Shown here: one piece after another, positions 1-9,381 of the stretch
Layout: each line of letters opens with the position of its first letter
How positions within the stretch are numbered: position 1 is the stretch's first letter
NCBI GenBank assembly: GCA_040002695.1
Contig: JBDUEA010000002.1
Coordinates: 1 to 50,357, forward strand
Direction of reading: 5' to 3'
From: Gemmatimonadota bacterium
GTDB lineage: Bacteria; Gemmatimonadota; Gemmatimonadetes; Gemmatimonadales; GWC2-71-9
DNA: 50,357 nt
Notes under the pieces: model-generated
Database searches by the model: none
Told to the model about the DNA's origin: nothing
The model's input: the letters and a program-made list of their open reading frames with translations, nothing else
Made by a program: the position numbers and the translations under genes

Positions 1-35
1 TCCTGGTCGACGATGAAGCGTTCGATGGTGGTCAC
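1..35 (-). CDS. Possible 5-prime end of a fructose-1,6-bisphosphatase class 1 gene. Only 11 codons are visible; the gene runs off the left edge.
   Basis: The reverse complement of 1..35 reads GTG-ACC-ACC-ATC-GAA-CGC-TTC-ATC-GTC-GAC-CAG = (M)TTIERFIVDQ. This resembles the N-terminus of class 1 FBPases (MxTLxxFIxEQ). The fragment is far too short to be sure. Confidence 0.2.
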   Translation of the reverse strand, partial: MTTIERFIVDQ

Positions 36-79
36 AGACGAAGAAGGCAGCACCAGGCACGCTCCGGTTCGTGGTAGTC

Positions 80-2332
80 TCACGGTGAGTCGGTTACGTC
101 GAATACTTCCCTGCCCCTCCGGCCTTCGACGGTCATCGTCCGCCCGTCGGTCCTGAGCGTTACGTCTCCCTCTTCATCCGTACGCCACACTGAGACGCCG
201 TGATGCGCCAGTCGTCCGAGTGTCTCCGCTGACGGATGTCCGTAGGTGTTTCGCCGCCCGACGCTCACGACCGCCGCCTTCGGCTGCAACCGGTCGAGCC
301 ATGCATCGCCGGTCGCGTACCGCGAGCCGTGGTGTCCCACCTTGAGAAAATCTACCGACCGCGCTCGGCGGATCATCAGGGACTCCGCATGAAACCCCGC
401 ATCGCCGGTGAAGAGCGCCTGAAATTGTCCATACTCGACGAGGAGGACCACGGAATCCTCGTTCAGATCGTCGCGCCATTCGGACCAGGTCGTATCCGGA
501 TGCAGCAGCGTGAACCGCACGCCGTCCAATTCGAACTGCCGACCGGGTCGGCCCGCCTGCCATGGAATTCCCAGCGATGCCAGCTCGTCGAGAAAACCGA
601 GATAGATCGAATCGGAGATCAGCTCGCCGGGCTCGATCACCAGCGAGGCCGGCACCCGCTCGAGCACCGATGCCGCGCCCCCGATGTGATCGGCGTGCGC
701 ATGAGAGATGACGAGCGCGGAGAGGGACTGTACGCCCTCGCGGGCCAGAAAGGGCGCGACTACCCGGCGACCGGCATCATCCCGCGGGCCGCGCGGTCCC
801 GCGTCCACCACTACCCAGTGCCCACCGGGTGTGCGGATCGCCGCCGCGTCACCCTGACCCACATCGAGGAAATGTAACGTCAGATCGGAGCCCTTGTCAC
901 GCGCGCCAGGCGCGAGCGCGAACAACAGGCTCACGAGCGAGGCGACTGCGGCGGCGAGGCTCCAGCGCCGGAACGCCTCGCGGCCGGTTGCGCCACCGGA
1001 CATTCCCCAGAGTGCGGCAGCTAGCAGTGCGACCCAGGGGGCAGCGGAGAGCGGCTCCGCTGCCTGCACCACATGTCCGCCCGGCACCGATGCGCCAAGG
1101 CTCGCGAGGAGATCGAGACCCATGAGGCCCGCCCCTGATCCGCTGGCAAGCGCGGAGGCGAGTCCCGGCCACACCGGAGCCACGAGGACGCTGGCGATGA
1201 CGCCGGGGACGGCAACCGCCGCTAATGGAATAGCGATAAAGTTGAGTGCGATGCCTACTAGCGCGACGTTGCCGAGTATTGCGCTAGTGACCGGTGCCGT
1301 CGTGAGCGTGGCGCCGACGGACGACGTCAGCGTGCTCGCCCACCTGCCGCCTCCAAGCGCGCGCTCTCCCCAGCGGGAAAAATGCGTGGCGCCCCAGAGC
1401 GAGCCGGCGGACAACCACGCGCCCAGGTCGAGCACCGCCCATGGATCGGAGATCAGTACGACGAGACAGGTCATCGCGAGCAGCGCATCGGGCTCGACTT
1501 TCCGCTGGCGCAGCTGACAGATCGCCAGTAGCGCCGCCAGCGCGGCAGCACGCGTCGCCGGGGCCGGCCAGCCCAGGAACGCCACATAGAGACAGCCGGT
1601 GCACGCCGCTATGACGATGGCGCGCTCCCGGCTCGCGCGGAGCACCCGGCAGAGCATGAATACCCATGCGACGATGAGGCCGACATGGAATCCTGAAATC
1701 GAGAGAATGTGGATGAGGCCCGACTGCACGTACCGATCGCGGAGCTGCGGGTCCATCGCGCTTCGGCGGTTGAGAATCAGCGCATCTACCAGTGCCGCAC
1801 GATCTCCGTACAATCGTCGCGTGGTGGCGCTGATCCATGACCGGAGTCGTTCCGCCGCCGTCGGATCTTCCACGAGGAGGCTGACGCCCGTGACGACGAG
1901 GAGTCCGTCGGAGCGGCCCACGACACCGGGCCGAGTGATCCAGCGTGCGAAGACTTGGGCGGTACTTCCCGCGGACATCGGGCTCCCCGCCGGCCAGCTC
2001 GCCGAGACGGTACCACGACAGGGAATCATCGGGCGCACCGAGACCAATCCGCCCGCGATGTCGGCCGGTTCGAGGAGGCGAACCGAAATCTCGATGCGCT
2101 GGCCGGGGAGCAGGCTCACGCAACGATCCGCCTCCGCGAGCCAGGCCGCCGAGGCGGAGAGTCGCCCGACGAGCACTGCAATGGGAACGAGCGCGAGACC
2201 GCGCTTCCATGCAGCGGCTCCGAGGACGAGCAGAATCACAGCGACGCCGAGCGGATCCCCGAAATGCGCGAGGCCGGTCGCGAGACCGGCCCCATAGGCG
2301 ATAACGAACCGGACGTTCGGCCGCGGCATCAA
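80..2332 (-). CDS. comEC: DNA internalization-related competence protein ComEC/Rec2
   Basis: 750-aa ORF with a long polytopic hydrophobic core. The C-terminal metallo-beta-lactamase fold carries VISHAHADHIGG, FTGDAG and KVGHHGS motifs. Confidence 0.85.
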   Translation of the reverse strand: MMPRPNVRFVIAYGAGLATGLAHFGDPLGVAVILLVLGAAAWKRGLALVPIAVLVGRLSASAAWLAEADRCVSLLPGQRIEISVRLLEPADIAGGLVSVRPMIPCRGTVSASWPAGSPMSAGSTAQVFARWITRPGVVGRSDGLLVVTGVSLLVEDPTAAERLRSWISATTRRLYGDRAALVDALILNRRSAMDPQLRDRYVQSGLIHILSISGFHVGLIVAWVFMLCRVLRASRERAIVIAACTGCLYVAFLGWPAPATRAAALAALLAICQLRQRKVEPDALLAMTCLVVLISDPWAVLDLGAWLSAGSLWGATHFSRWGERALGGGRWASTLTSSVGATLTTAPVTSAILGNVALVGIALNFIAIPLAAVAVPGVIASVLVAPVWPGLASALASGSGAGLMGLDLLASLGASVPGGHVVQAAEPLSAAPWVALLAAALWGMSGGATGREAFRRWSLAAAVASLVSLLFALAPGARDKGSDLTLHFLDVGQGDAAAIRTPGGHWVVVDAGPRGPRDDAGRRVVAPFLAREGVQSLSALVISHAHADHIGGAASVLERVPASLVIEPGELISDSIYLGFLDELASLGIPWQAGRPGRQFELDGVRFTLLHPDTTWSEWRDDLNEDSVVLLVEYGQFQALFTGDAGFHAESLMIRRARSVDFLKVGHHGSRYATGDAWLDRLQPKAAVVSVGRRNTYGHPSAETLGRLAHHGVSVWRTDEEGDVTLRTDGRTMTVEGRRGREVFDVTDSP

Positions 2333-2345
2333 CGCGGCCTCGGCG

Positions 2346-2630
2346 CTAGGTCCGGCGGGCTCGCTGCGTCGGACAGCGCGGGGCGAGACCGACTTTTCTG
2401 AGTCCGTCCATCACCGCGACATCGATGGTGGCGCGGCTCTGGTCCTTGTCGAGATTCAGCTCGGTGACCACCGAGCCCTCGAGCCCGGCCACGTATTTCG
2501 CGGGCAGCCGGTTGAGCGCGTATACCAGCACGTCGACGCGACAGATGTCGCAGCCGCAGAAGTTCGGGAACTGCGAGAGCAGCGCATCGTAGGCGTCGGT
2601 GACGTGCTCTTCGACGAGATTTCGGATCAT
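2346..2630 (-). CDS. comFB: ComFB-family (late competence development) small protein
   Basis: 94 aa with the Cys cluster NFCGCDICRVDVLVYALNRLPAKY typical of ComFB. Its start overlaps the miaB stop by 4 nt, and it ends 13 nt upstream of comEC. Confidence 0.65.
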   Translation of the reverse strand: MIRNLVEEHVTDAYDALLSQFPNFCGCDICRVDVLVYALNRLPAKYVAGLEGSVVTELNLDKDQSRATIDVAVMDGLRKVGLAPRCPTQRARRT

Positions 2631-3937
2631 AGCGTCGCCAGCTGAGGTCGGAGAATGGTCCCGGTGAACGTCGAGCCCGTTGTACCGGACAGGACGACGT
2701 CGTGGTAACTGCCGATCGAGTCCGGCGGCAGGTCGAGCAGAACCATGTGGTTGGTCCGGGTTCGGCCGAGCAGCATGTCGCCACGCCTCGCAACGCGCTC
2801 AACAAGGACTTCGTGGGTGCTGCCGACGTGTGCCATGTTCCGCCGCCGCGCCTGCTGGCGGACGACCTGGATGAGCCGGTCGAGGCGCTCACTGGCGACC
2901 GCGTCGTCGACATGATCGGGGATCCGTACCGCCGGCGTACCTTCCCGCACCGAATACTTGAAGGTGTACGCGTCGTCGAATTCGGCGGCCGTGACGAGTG
3001 ACACCGTCTCCTGGAACTGCGACTCGGTCTCGCCGGGAAAGCCGACGATGATATCCGTCGAGAAGGTAATCCCGGAAATGGCCGACCGGAGCCGCGCCAC
3101 GACGTCGAGATACACTTCTCTGGTGTAGCGGCGGAGCATGCGACGCAGCACCGCGTTGGAGCCGCTCTGCGCCGGCAGGTGCACGTGGGCGCAGACCGCA
3201 GGCGTCGTGGCCATTGCGTCGATGACGCGGTCCGTGAAGTCGGTGGGATACGGACTGGTGAACCGGACGCGGCGAATGCCCTCGACCGCGCCGACCGCGC
3301 GCAGGAGGTCGGCGAAATCATGCGTCCCGTCGTGATAGCTGTTGACGGTCTGTCCAAGGAGCGTCACCTCGCTCGTGCCCTGTTCGGCCAGGCCCGCGAC
3401 CTCCCGGACCACGTCGGACAAGGTACGGCTGCGCTCCGGTCCCCGCGTGTACGGAACGATGCAGAAGGTGCACTTATAATCGCAGCCGCGCTGAACGGTG
3501 ACGAACGCCGTGGCCCCGCCATCTCGAACGGGCGGTACATCCTCGTAATGCTCCCACGAGCGGAATTCGGTCTCGCTCAGGCGCTGGCCACCCGCGGCCG
3601 CCGCGATCAGGGTCCCGAGATTCCGGTAGCCATCCGGGCCGACGACGAGATCCACCCGCGGCACCCGCTCCAGCAGTACCGGCCCGAGACGCTGCGCCAT
3701 GCAGCCGACGACGCCGAGGACTCCGCCTGCCTTCTTGAAGCGCTGTAACTCTCCCATCCTCCCGATCACCCGTTGCTCGGCGTTGTCCCGCACCGCGCAT
3801 GTATTGAGCAGGAGGACGTCGGCATCATCGGGAACGTCGGTGCGCACGTAGCCGTCACGCGCGAGCAGGCCGAGCATGATCTCGCTGTCGGCGACGTTCA
3901 TCTGGCAGCCATACGTTTCGATATAGAGGCGCTTCAT
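2627..3937 (-). CDS. miaB: tRNA-2-methylthio-N6-dimethylallyladenosine synthase MiaB (radical SAM methylthiotransferase)
   Basis: N-terminus MKRLYIETYGCQMN, radical-SAM motif CDYKCTFCIVP, C-terminal TRAM-like region, 436 aa. Confidence 0.95.
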   Translation of the reverse strand: MKRLYIETYGCQMNVADSEIMLGLLARDGYVRTDVPDDADVLLLNTCAVRDNAEQRVIGRMGELQRFKKAGGVLGVVGCMAQRLGPVLLERVPRVDLVVGPDGYRNLGTLIAAAAGGQRLSETEFRSWEHYEDVPPVRDGGATAFVTVQRGCDYKCTFCIVPYTRGPERSRTLSDVVREVAGLAEQGTSEVTLLGQTVNSYHDGTHDFADLLRAVGAVEGIRRVRFTSPYPTDFTDRVIDAMATTPAVCAHVHLPAQSGSNAVLRRMLRRYTREVYLDVVARLRSAISGITFSTDIIVGFPGETESQFQETVSLVTAAEFDDAYTFKYSVREGTPAVRIPDHVDDAVASERLDRLIQVVRQQARRRNMAHVGSTHEVLVERVARRGDMLLGRTRTNHMVLLDLPPDSIGSYHDVVLSGTTGSTFTGTILRPQLATL

Positions 3938-3995
3938 GATGCGGAAAGATGGCCCGGAGAGTCGGGAGGGACAAGACGACGGGAGTACGGCAAAG

Positions 3996-4023
3996 GGGCT
4001 CCGGCGCCCGGCGTCCCGAGCCC
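3996..4023 (-). terminator. Candidate intrinsic terminator after the outer-membrane barrel gene
   Basis: On the minus strand GGGCTCGGG...CCGGAGCCC forms a GC-rich stem with one bulge, followed by CTTTG. It lies between the barrel gene stop (4047) and the miaB start (3937). Confidence 0.35.
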
Positions 4024-4046
4024 ACGCGAGAGTGCCTGGTGCTCGG

Positions 4047-5204
4047 CTAGGGCCGGACCGAGATGCCCACGAAAAGCTGCAGGGCTCGTTCGCGGTACAG
4101 ACTTCCTTCGGATCTGAATACCTCCTCCAGTGTCAGGTCGACACCCGCGCGCTCCTTCGCGAAACGCGTTCCCGTACCGGCGGAAATCCCGAACTCGTGC
4201 GGCTTCCCTCCAGGGAGGACCGAAAATGGGAGCTGGCCATAGCGGAGCCCGAGTCGCAGGGGCTTCGAGTAGGGACGCTTGACGTTGGTCGTGGCCTCGA
4301 GCCCCACGGACAGGTCCATGCTGTTGCGAGAACCGACGCCGCCAAGGGCCAGCAGGTCGCTGTTTGCGCCCGACCAGGTGCGGTACACTCCCGAAGCGCC
4401 CACCTGCAGCCGGTTCGAGGGGCGGTACACGACACCCGCGCCGAAGGTGTACGGCATGTCGAAGCTCGCCACCTTGGTGGAATCCTGCTCCTCGGAGAGG
4501 CGGAGATCCTTCCGCGCGATCATCGACACCGACAGCGCCGGCGAGAGCGCACCGATCACTCCGACGTCGAAACCCAGTCCGGAGTACGAGAGCTCGGTTG
4601 AGGAGCCGGCCGTGTGAAAGGTCGTATCGCCGAAGGCGCGTCGCGCGATGATCCGGTTGGACCCGGTGAGAATGTGAACCGACGCTCCGACCGACCAGGC
4701 GGAAGTCCGGGCGTAACTCGCCGAGATCCGCACGTCGTTGAGACCGCCACGCGAGCTGAGCGTGTCGAATGTCGGGAGCGGGACGCCGCGGGGTGAAATG
4801 GTGTCCACCGTGGCCAGCGTAAAATCCCGGTCCGCGTACGAGGAAAAACTCAGTCCAAGTGCGACGGGGGTCTTGGGAATCGGCCCCTTGATGAAGACCT
4901 GCGGGAAGCGCGTGCTGCGGAGCGAACCGGTGCCTGCCGGAGTCGTCCAGTGCCGCCACTCCGGCGCCAGTACGAAGCTCGCAGTCACTGTACTGACCCC
5001 CGCGAGCGAAGCCGGGTTCAGGGTCGATTCGTTATCGAAGAGCCCGAAGCTCCCGCCCGTGGCCTCGGAGCGCGGGCTGAGAAACCGGTTCGGCAGCCCG
5101 AGTCCGCGCACACCGAACATCGAGGACTGCGCGGCGGCCGTGCGCGGGATGGCGGCGGTGGCCACCATGGCGATCATGCAGGCGACGAGCGTCGGCGCGC
5201 GCAC
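4047..5204 (-). CDS. Outer-membrane beta-barrel protein (FadL/PorV-like), function unknown
   Basis: Signal peptide MRAPTLVACMIAMVATAAIPRTAAAQ. The mature N-terminus GVRGLGL...ATGGSFGLFDNESTLNPASLAGV resembles FadL/PorV-type barrels. Alternating amphipathic strands run throughout. GTG start; an alternative ATG lies at 5177. Confidence 0.6.
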   Translation of the reverse strand: MRAPTLVACMIAMVATAAIPRTAAAQSSMFGVRGLGLPNRFLSPRSEATGGSFGLFDNESTLNPASLAGVSTVTASFVLAPEWRHWTTPAGTGSLRSTRFPQVFIKGPIPKTPVALGLSFSSYADRDFTLATVDTISPRGVPLPTFDTLSSRGGLNDVRISASYARTSAWSVGASVHILTGSNRIIARRAFGDTTFHTAGSSTELSYSGLGFDVGVIGALSPALSVSMIARKDLRLSEEQDSTKVASFDMPYTFGAGVVYRPSNRLQVGASGVYRTWSGANSDLLALGGVGSRNSMDLSVGLEATTNVKRPYSKPLRLGLRYGQLPFSVLPGGKPHEFGISAGTGTRFAKERAGVDLTLEEVFRSEGSLYRERALQLFVGISVRP

Positions 5205-6425
5205 CTATGGCCTCTGGAAAGGGAAGGAAAGCGCATACGTCAGTCGCAGGCGGGGAGCCGGCGTCGCCGAGCGCGTCGAGCCGAACTGCACGAGCGTGAA
5301 GCCGCTGCCTTCAGGCTCCATCGAGATCATGAGCTCGGAGGGCAGTGCATTCGGTCCCTGCCACGCCTTGACCAGGTTGAGGACCTCGACGCGGACGGTG
5401 TCGGCGGAGCCTTCGATCAGCGGGAAATTGCTGATCTGGTTCGACGCCGTCGGCGACTTCTTGCCGAAGTCCGACAACACAGCACGCGCCTGGAGAATCG
5501 CCGTGTCACTCGGCAGGCCGATGATTGGCGCCGAGGGGGTGAGCTCGAGCGTGGCCTTGAGGAACTGCGCCGAGTCCTTGAACTGCGCGGGGATCGCGAA
5601 CCGGAGCAGCGTCCGTGAGCTCGGAGATCCGCCCACTGCCAGCAGGTCCGGCGACAGTACCGGGCTCGACTGCGAGACAAACGTGTTGAACGCGGCCAGC
5701 TCGGTAAACACCTGATGCCGCAGCGCAGTGTCCGCGATATTCGCCGTGACAAAGGTGGTGAACACCGGACCCGTCGTGGATCCCGAGGCCGCACCGCCGA
5801 ACCGGACGCCGGTCGGCGCATTCGCGTGGATGCGGATGGCATATGCCAACTGCCCGCTGTCCGCCGCCGGAATACTCGCACGCACGGTATCCGCACCGCC
5901 CAGCACCATGCGGACGAATCCCCCCGCGAGCGTGTCCGACACGATCGCGCTGTCGATCAGGTTCGCGGGAACCAGCAGATTGTCGACGGCCGGGAAGGTC
6001 GCCACGGAATCCGCGAGCGCGATCGGAATCCGGTAGAGAAATACCGTGAGACCCTTGACCGACGAGTCGCGGGCCAGGATCGTGAGGTTGAATGCAACGG
6101 AGTCGAGGACGTAGCTCCGGAGCGTGTCCGAGACGAGGACCGAGTCACCGCGCGAAGTGAAGCGCACGATCGCCCGGTCCTCGGAGGCCGGAAGCTGGTC
6201 CGACACGCGGAGCGAGGCGCCCTGCCCCCGCAACACGTAACCGGTGAAACTCGAATCACTGCCCGGGAGCGGCGCGAGGATGGTGTCGAAGATGACGGTA
6301 TTCGCCGGGCAGAAGGCCGGACAGTCGGCCGGGGCGTTGAGCTTTTCCTGGCAGCCCATCGTCACGGCGGCGAAGGCCGCGGCGGCGAGGAAGCGGAGGG
6401 ACCGATATCGGGACTTCAAAGTCAT
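5205..6425 (-). CDS. Hypothetical lipoprotein
   Basis: Lipobox AAVTMGC in MTLKSRYRSLRFLAAAAFAAVTMGCQ. A GAGGAA Shine-Dalgarno sits 4 nt before the ATG at 6425 (the ORF track starts at 6449). Its stop abuts the start of the barrel gene with zero spacing. Confidence 0.6.
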   Translation of the reverse strand: MTLKSRYRSLRFLAAAAFAAVTMGCQEKLNAPADCPAFCPANTVIFDTILAPLPGSDSSFTGYVLRGQGASLRVSDQLPASEDRAIVRFTSRGDSVLVSDTLRSYVLDSVAFNLTILARDSSVKGLTVFLYRIPIALADSVATFPAVDNLLVPANLIDSAIVSDTLAGGFVRMVLGGADTVRASIPAADSGQLAYAIRIHANAPTGVRFGGAASGSTTGPVFTTFVTANIADTALRHQVFTELAAFNTFVSQSSPVLSPDLLAVGGSPSSRTLLRFAIPAQFKDSAQFLKATLELTPSAPIIGLPSDTAILQARAVLSDFGKKSPTASNQISNFPLIEGSADTVRVEVLNLVKAWQGPNALPSELMISMEPEGSGFTLVQFGSTRSATPAPRLRLTYALSFPFQRP

Positions 6426-6449
6426 TCGTTCCTCATGCAGGGTCGACAA

Positions 6450-6875
6450 TCAGGGTGTTTCTCGCAGACGCGGCACGTCACGTTTCAGCGCGTCCGCTCC
6501 AAATGCATCGGGCAACAGTTCGGCCAGCCGCCATTCCCTCCGTGCTATGCTCCCGATCGATAGGATTTCAAGACCGGGCCCGAACTCCGCCAGCACCTGG
6601 CGACAGGCCCCGCAGGGCGCCACCGGCGGGTCGGCATCGGTCACGATGACCAGCCGCCTGAACCGGCGGAGGCCGATCGCAACTGCGGCACCGACCGCCG
6701 ATCGCTCCGCGCAGATCGTGAGCCCATAGGAAGCGTTCTCGACGTTGCAGCCGATGTGGACCGAACCGTCTTCTCCCTCGATCGCCGCTCCCACTCGAAA
6801 TCCGCTGTAGGGCGCATGCGCGTGCCCTCGCGCCTCGCGCGCGGCGGACTCGAGCGACTCACTCACGCCAGACAT
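6450..6875 (-). CDS. cdd: Cytidine deaminase
   Basis: Zinc-ligand motifs CAERSA and [10 protein letters not shown] prefer the start MSGVSE at 6875, because the 181-aa ORF extension overlaps deoB. Confidence 0.85.
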   Translation of the reverse strand: MSGVSESLESAAREARGHAHAPYSGFRVGAAIEGEDGSVHIGCNVENASYGLTICAERSAVGAAVAIGLRRFRRLVIVTDADPPVAPCGACRQVLAEFGPGLEILSIGSIARREWRLAELLPDAFGADALKRDVPRLRETP

Positions 6876-8019
6876 CAGCGAGGAACGAGGTGCCCGAGGA
6901 AAGCGGCTCCGTCCCCAGAAATTCGGCGACGGTTTGCCCGATGTCGGCGAAGGTGGAACGAGTCCCCAGTGCCGCAGGCCGGATCCGGGGTCCATACACC
7001 AGAAGCGGGACCACTTCGCGGGAGTGATCGGTGGACGGAGTAGTCGGGTCGTTGCCGTGATCGGCCGTAAAGATAACGAGGTCCTCCTCCAAAACCCGCT
7101 TCAGCAGCCGAGGGATGGCCCGGTCCAGCTCGGCGAGGCCGCGCAGGTAGCCCGGCACGTCGTTCCGGTGACCCCAGGATTGATCGAACTCGATGACGTT
7201 GGCCAGCAGCAGTCCGCGTGGCATCGTGCCCAGCGCGGAAATGATGAGCTCGTACGCCTCGCCGTTGGTCGGGGCATGGATGCTCGTGATATTTCTGCCC
7301 GCGAACAGATCATCCACCTTGCCGACGCCGAGTCGGGGAATATGACGATCCGCGAGACGATCGAGCAGCGTCGGTCCGGGCGGCGCGACGCTGAAGTCAC
7401 GTCGGCGTGCGGTCCGTTTCCAGTCTCCCGAGGAGCCGACGAATGGGCGGGCAATGATGCGGGCCACGTCCGTCCCCAGCAGTTCCCTGGCCTGCTCGCA
7501 TGCCGCATACAGCTCGCCGATAGGAACCACGTCCTCGTGCGCAGCGAGCTGACAGACGCTGTCGGCCGAGGTGTAGAGAATCAGCGCTCCGCGCCGCACC
7601 TGCTCCGCCGCGAGCTCGTCGACTATCGCGGTGCCTGAGGCGGCCCGATTTCCCAGGATCGGGCGCCCGGTCCGTCGCGACAACTCCTCTACGAAGGACG
7701 AGGGAAATCCGTTGGGATAGGTCGTGAACGGCCGCTCGAGCGTGAGCCCGCAGATCTCCCAGTGTCCCGTCGTGCTGTCCTTCCCGGCGCCAGCCGGCAC
7801 GCAGATGCCTGTGGCGGCGAGCGGCGAGGCCACCGCGGCAATGCCTTCGAGAGGCGCACAGCAGCCGAGACCCAGCGCTTCCAGCTCGGGAAGCCGGAGC
7901 CCACCGGAGACCCGCGCCACGTTTCCGAGTGAGTGACTGCCGGCGTCTCCATAGGCCGCCGTATCCGGCGCCGGCCCGATGCCGACGCCGTCCAGTACGA
8001 TGATCGCCGCTCGGCGCAT
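6859..8019 (-). CDS. deoB: Phosphopentomutase
   Basis: N-terminus [13 protein letters not shown] and the metal-site motif [19 protein letters not shown]. 386 aa. Confidence 0.9.
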   Translation of the reverse strand: MRRAAIIVLDGVGIGPAPDTAAYGDAGSHSLGNVARVSGGLRLPELEALGLGCCAPLEGIAAVASPLAATGICVPAGAGKDSTTGHWEICGLTLERPFTTYPNGFPSSFVEELSRRTGRPILGNRAASGTAIVDELAAEQVRRGALILYTSADSVCQLAAHEDVVPIGELYAACEQARELLGTDVARIIARPFVGSSGDWKRTARRRDFSVAPPGPTLLDRLADRHIPRLGVGKVDDLFAGRNITSIHAPTNGEAYELIISALGTMPRGLLLANVIEFDQSWGHRNDVPGYLRGLAELDRAIPRLLKRVLEEDLVIFTADHGNDPTTPSTDHSREVVPLLVYGPRIRPAALGTRSTFADIGQTVAEFLGTEPLSSGTSFLADVWRE

Positions 8020-8267
8020 CAGCTCTTGCCGGTCTGCACGAATCGAAAGCGGATCGCCGTCAGCAGCTCGGCGAGAAGCTTCTCCTCATCGGGCTCGAGC
8101 TGTCCCTTCGTCTTGAGCTCGAGCATGCCGAGCGTGTCGATGAGCATCTGTGCCACCTGGCGGGAGTCCGCGGCCGCCCCTTCGGCGCCCGGCGGCAATT
8201 TCCCCTGGATGGCCATCTCCGCCTGCTGAGCGAGGCCGAGGATGAGTGAGGCGAAGTGTGAGTTCAT
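8019..8267 (-). CDS. DUF1844-family small protein
   Basis: 82 aa. FASLILGLAQQAEMAIQG...LIDTLGMLELKTKGQLEPDEEKLL matches my memory of the DUF1844 pattern. It is translationally coupled on both sides (4-nt overlap with alr, 1-nt overlap with deoB). Confidence 0.65.
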   Translation of the reverse strand: MNSHFASLILGLAQQAEMAIQGKLPPGAEGAAADSRQVAQMLIDTLGMLELKTKGQLEPDEEKLLAELLTAIRFRFVQTGKS

Positions 8268-9340
8268 GAGTGATCAGCGTAGCGGCGGATGACACGGCCG
8301 CCGAGTGAAGTGAGAAGTTCATAGGAGACGGTGCCCGCGGCGCTGGCCTGGGCATCGAGAGAAATCCGGCCGCCAAAAATCGTGGCGATATCACCATGAT
8401 GGACTGGCGAGGAAGTCGCGATCATCGTCATGTCCATCGTCACCCGTCCCACGATGGGCATGAGGTCCGCGCCGATCTCCACCCGCCCTCCGTGGCCCAG
8501 CGACCGATGTACGCCGTCGGCATAGCCGATTCCGAGCGTGGCGATCGTGGCATTCGCGGGAGCCGTCCAGTCGGCGCCGTAGCTCACAGTCTCACCGCGG
8601 GAGACGGTGCGCACTGCGACTACCCGCGCGTGGAGACGAGCCACCGGCAACGGCGTGTACCCCGTTCCGGCGGCCCCGCCGTACAGGAAGATGCCTGGGC
8701 GGATCAGATCGGCCGCATAGGCTTCGCCAAGGAGTGCGGCGCCGCTGTTCGCGGCATGAATCAGTGCGGGCCGGCGCGGGAAAAGCGCGAGCGTATGCTG
8801 AAAGCGCGCCCATTGCGTGGCGACCGACGAGGGATTGGATTCGGCCGAATGAAAGTGGGTGAAGACCCCCTCCCAGCCCGGCGCATCCGAGACGCGTCGT
8901 CGCACGGAGCCGCAGTCCGCGATCTCCTCCGCGCGAAATCCGGCCCGCCCCATTCCGGTGTCGATCTCGAGATGAAAGGGAGATTCGCTACGCGTGAGCC
9001 ACGCCTCGAGCGCGTCCGCGTGACCGATGGTTGGCCGGAGACCTGCGGCCAGACACGATTCTACGTCGCTGGGCTGGAGCGGAGTGAATACGATGATGGG
9101 GCGACGGATGCCGGCGGCGCGGAGTGCCGCACCTTCGTGGGAGGTTGCCACGCCGAATCCCCAGGGTGCAACCGCTTCGAGCGTCCGGCAGACCTCGACG
9201 GCCCCGAGTCCGTAGCCGTCGGCTTTGACCATGGGGAGGAGAGGACGGCGGGAAACGGCAGCCAGGGTTTTCGCGTTGGCGATCAGTGCGCCACGGTCGA
9301 TATCGACCCAGGCGCGCGCCGTTTCAGCCGGTGTTTGCAT
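8264..9340 (-). CDS. alr: Alanine racemase
   Basis: PLP-lysine motif PMVKADGYGLG. 358 aa with a C-terminal beta-domain. Confidence 0.9.
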   Translation of the reverse strand: MQTPAETARAWVDIDRGALIANAKTLAAVSRRPLLPMVKADGYGLGAVEVCRTLEAVAPWGFGVATSHEGAALRAAGIRRPIIVFTPLQPSDVESCLAAGLRPTIGHADALEAWLTRSESPFHLEIDTGMGRAGFRAEEIADCGSVRRRVSDAPGWEGVFTHFHSAESNPSSVATQWARFQHTLALFPRRPALIHAANSGAALLGEAYAADLIRPGIFLYGGAAGTGYTPLPVARLHARVVAVRTVSRGETVSYGADWTAPANATIATLGIGYADGVHRSLGHGGRVEIGADLMPIVGRVTMDMTMIATSSPVHHGDIATIFGGRISLDAQASAAGTVSYELLTSLGGRVIRRYADHS

Positions 9341-9357
9341 GGTCGGAAGCCGGCGGG

Positions 9358-9377
9358 TATGATAGGAGCCACGGAGG
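9358..9377 (+). promoter_or_regulatory. Possible -10 element (TATGAT) and Shine-Dalgarno (GGAGG) for mazG
   Basis: TATGAT lies at 9358-9363 and GGAGG at 9373-9377, 4 nt before the ATG at 9382. The alr/mazG divergent spacer is only 41 nt. Confidence 0.25.
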
Positions 9378-9381
9378 ATAA

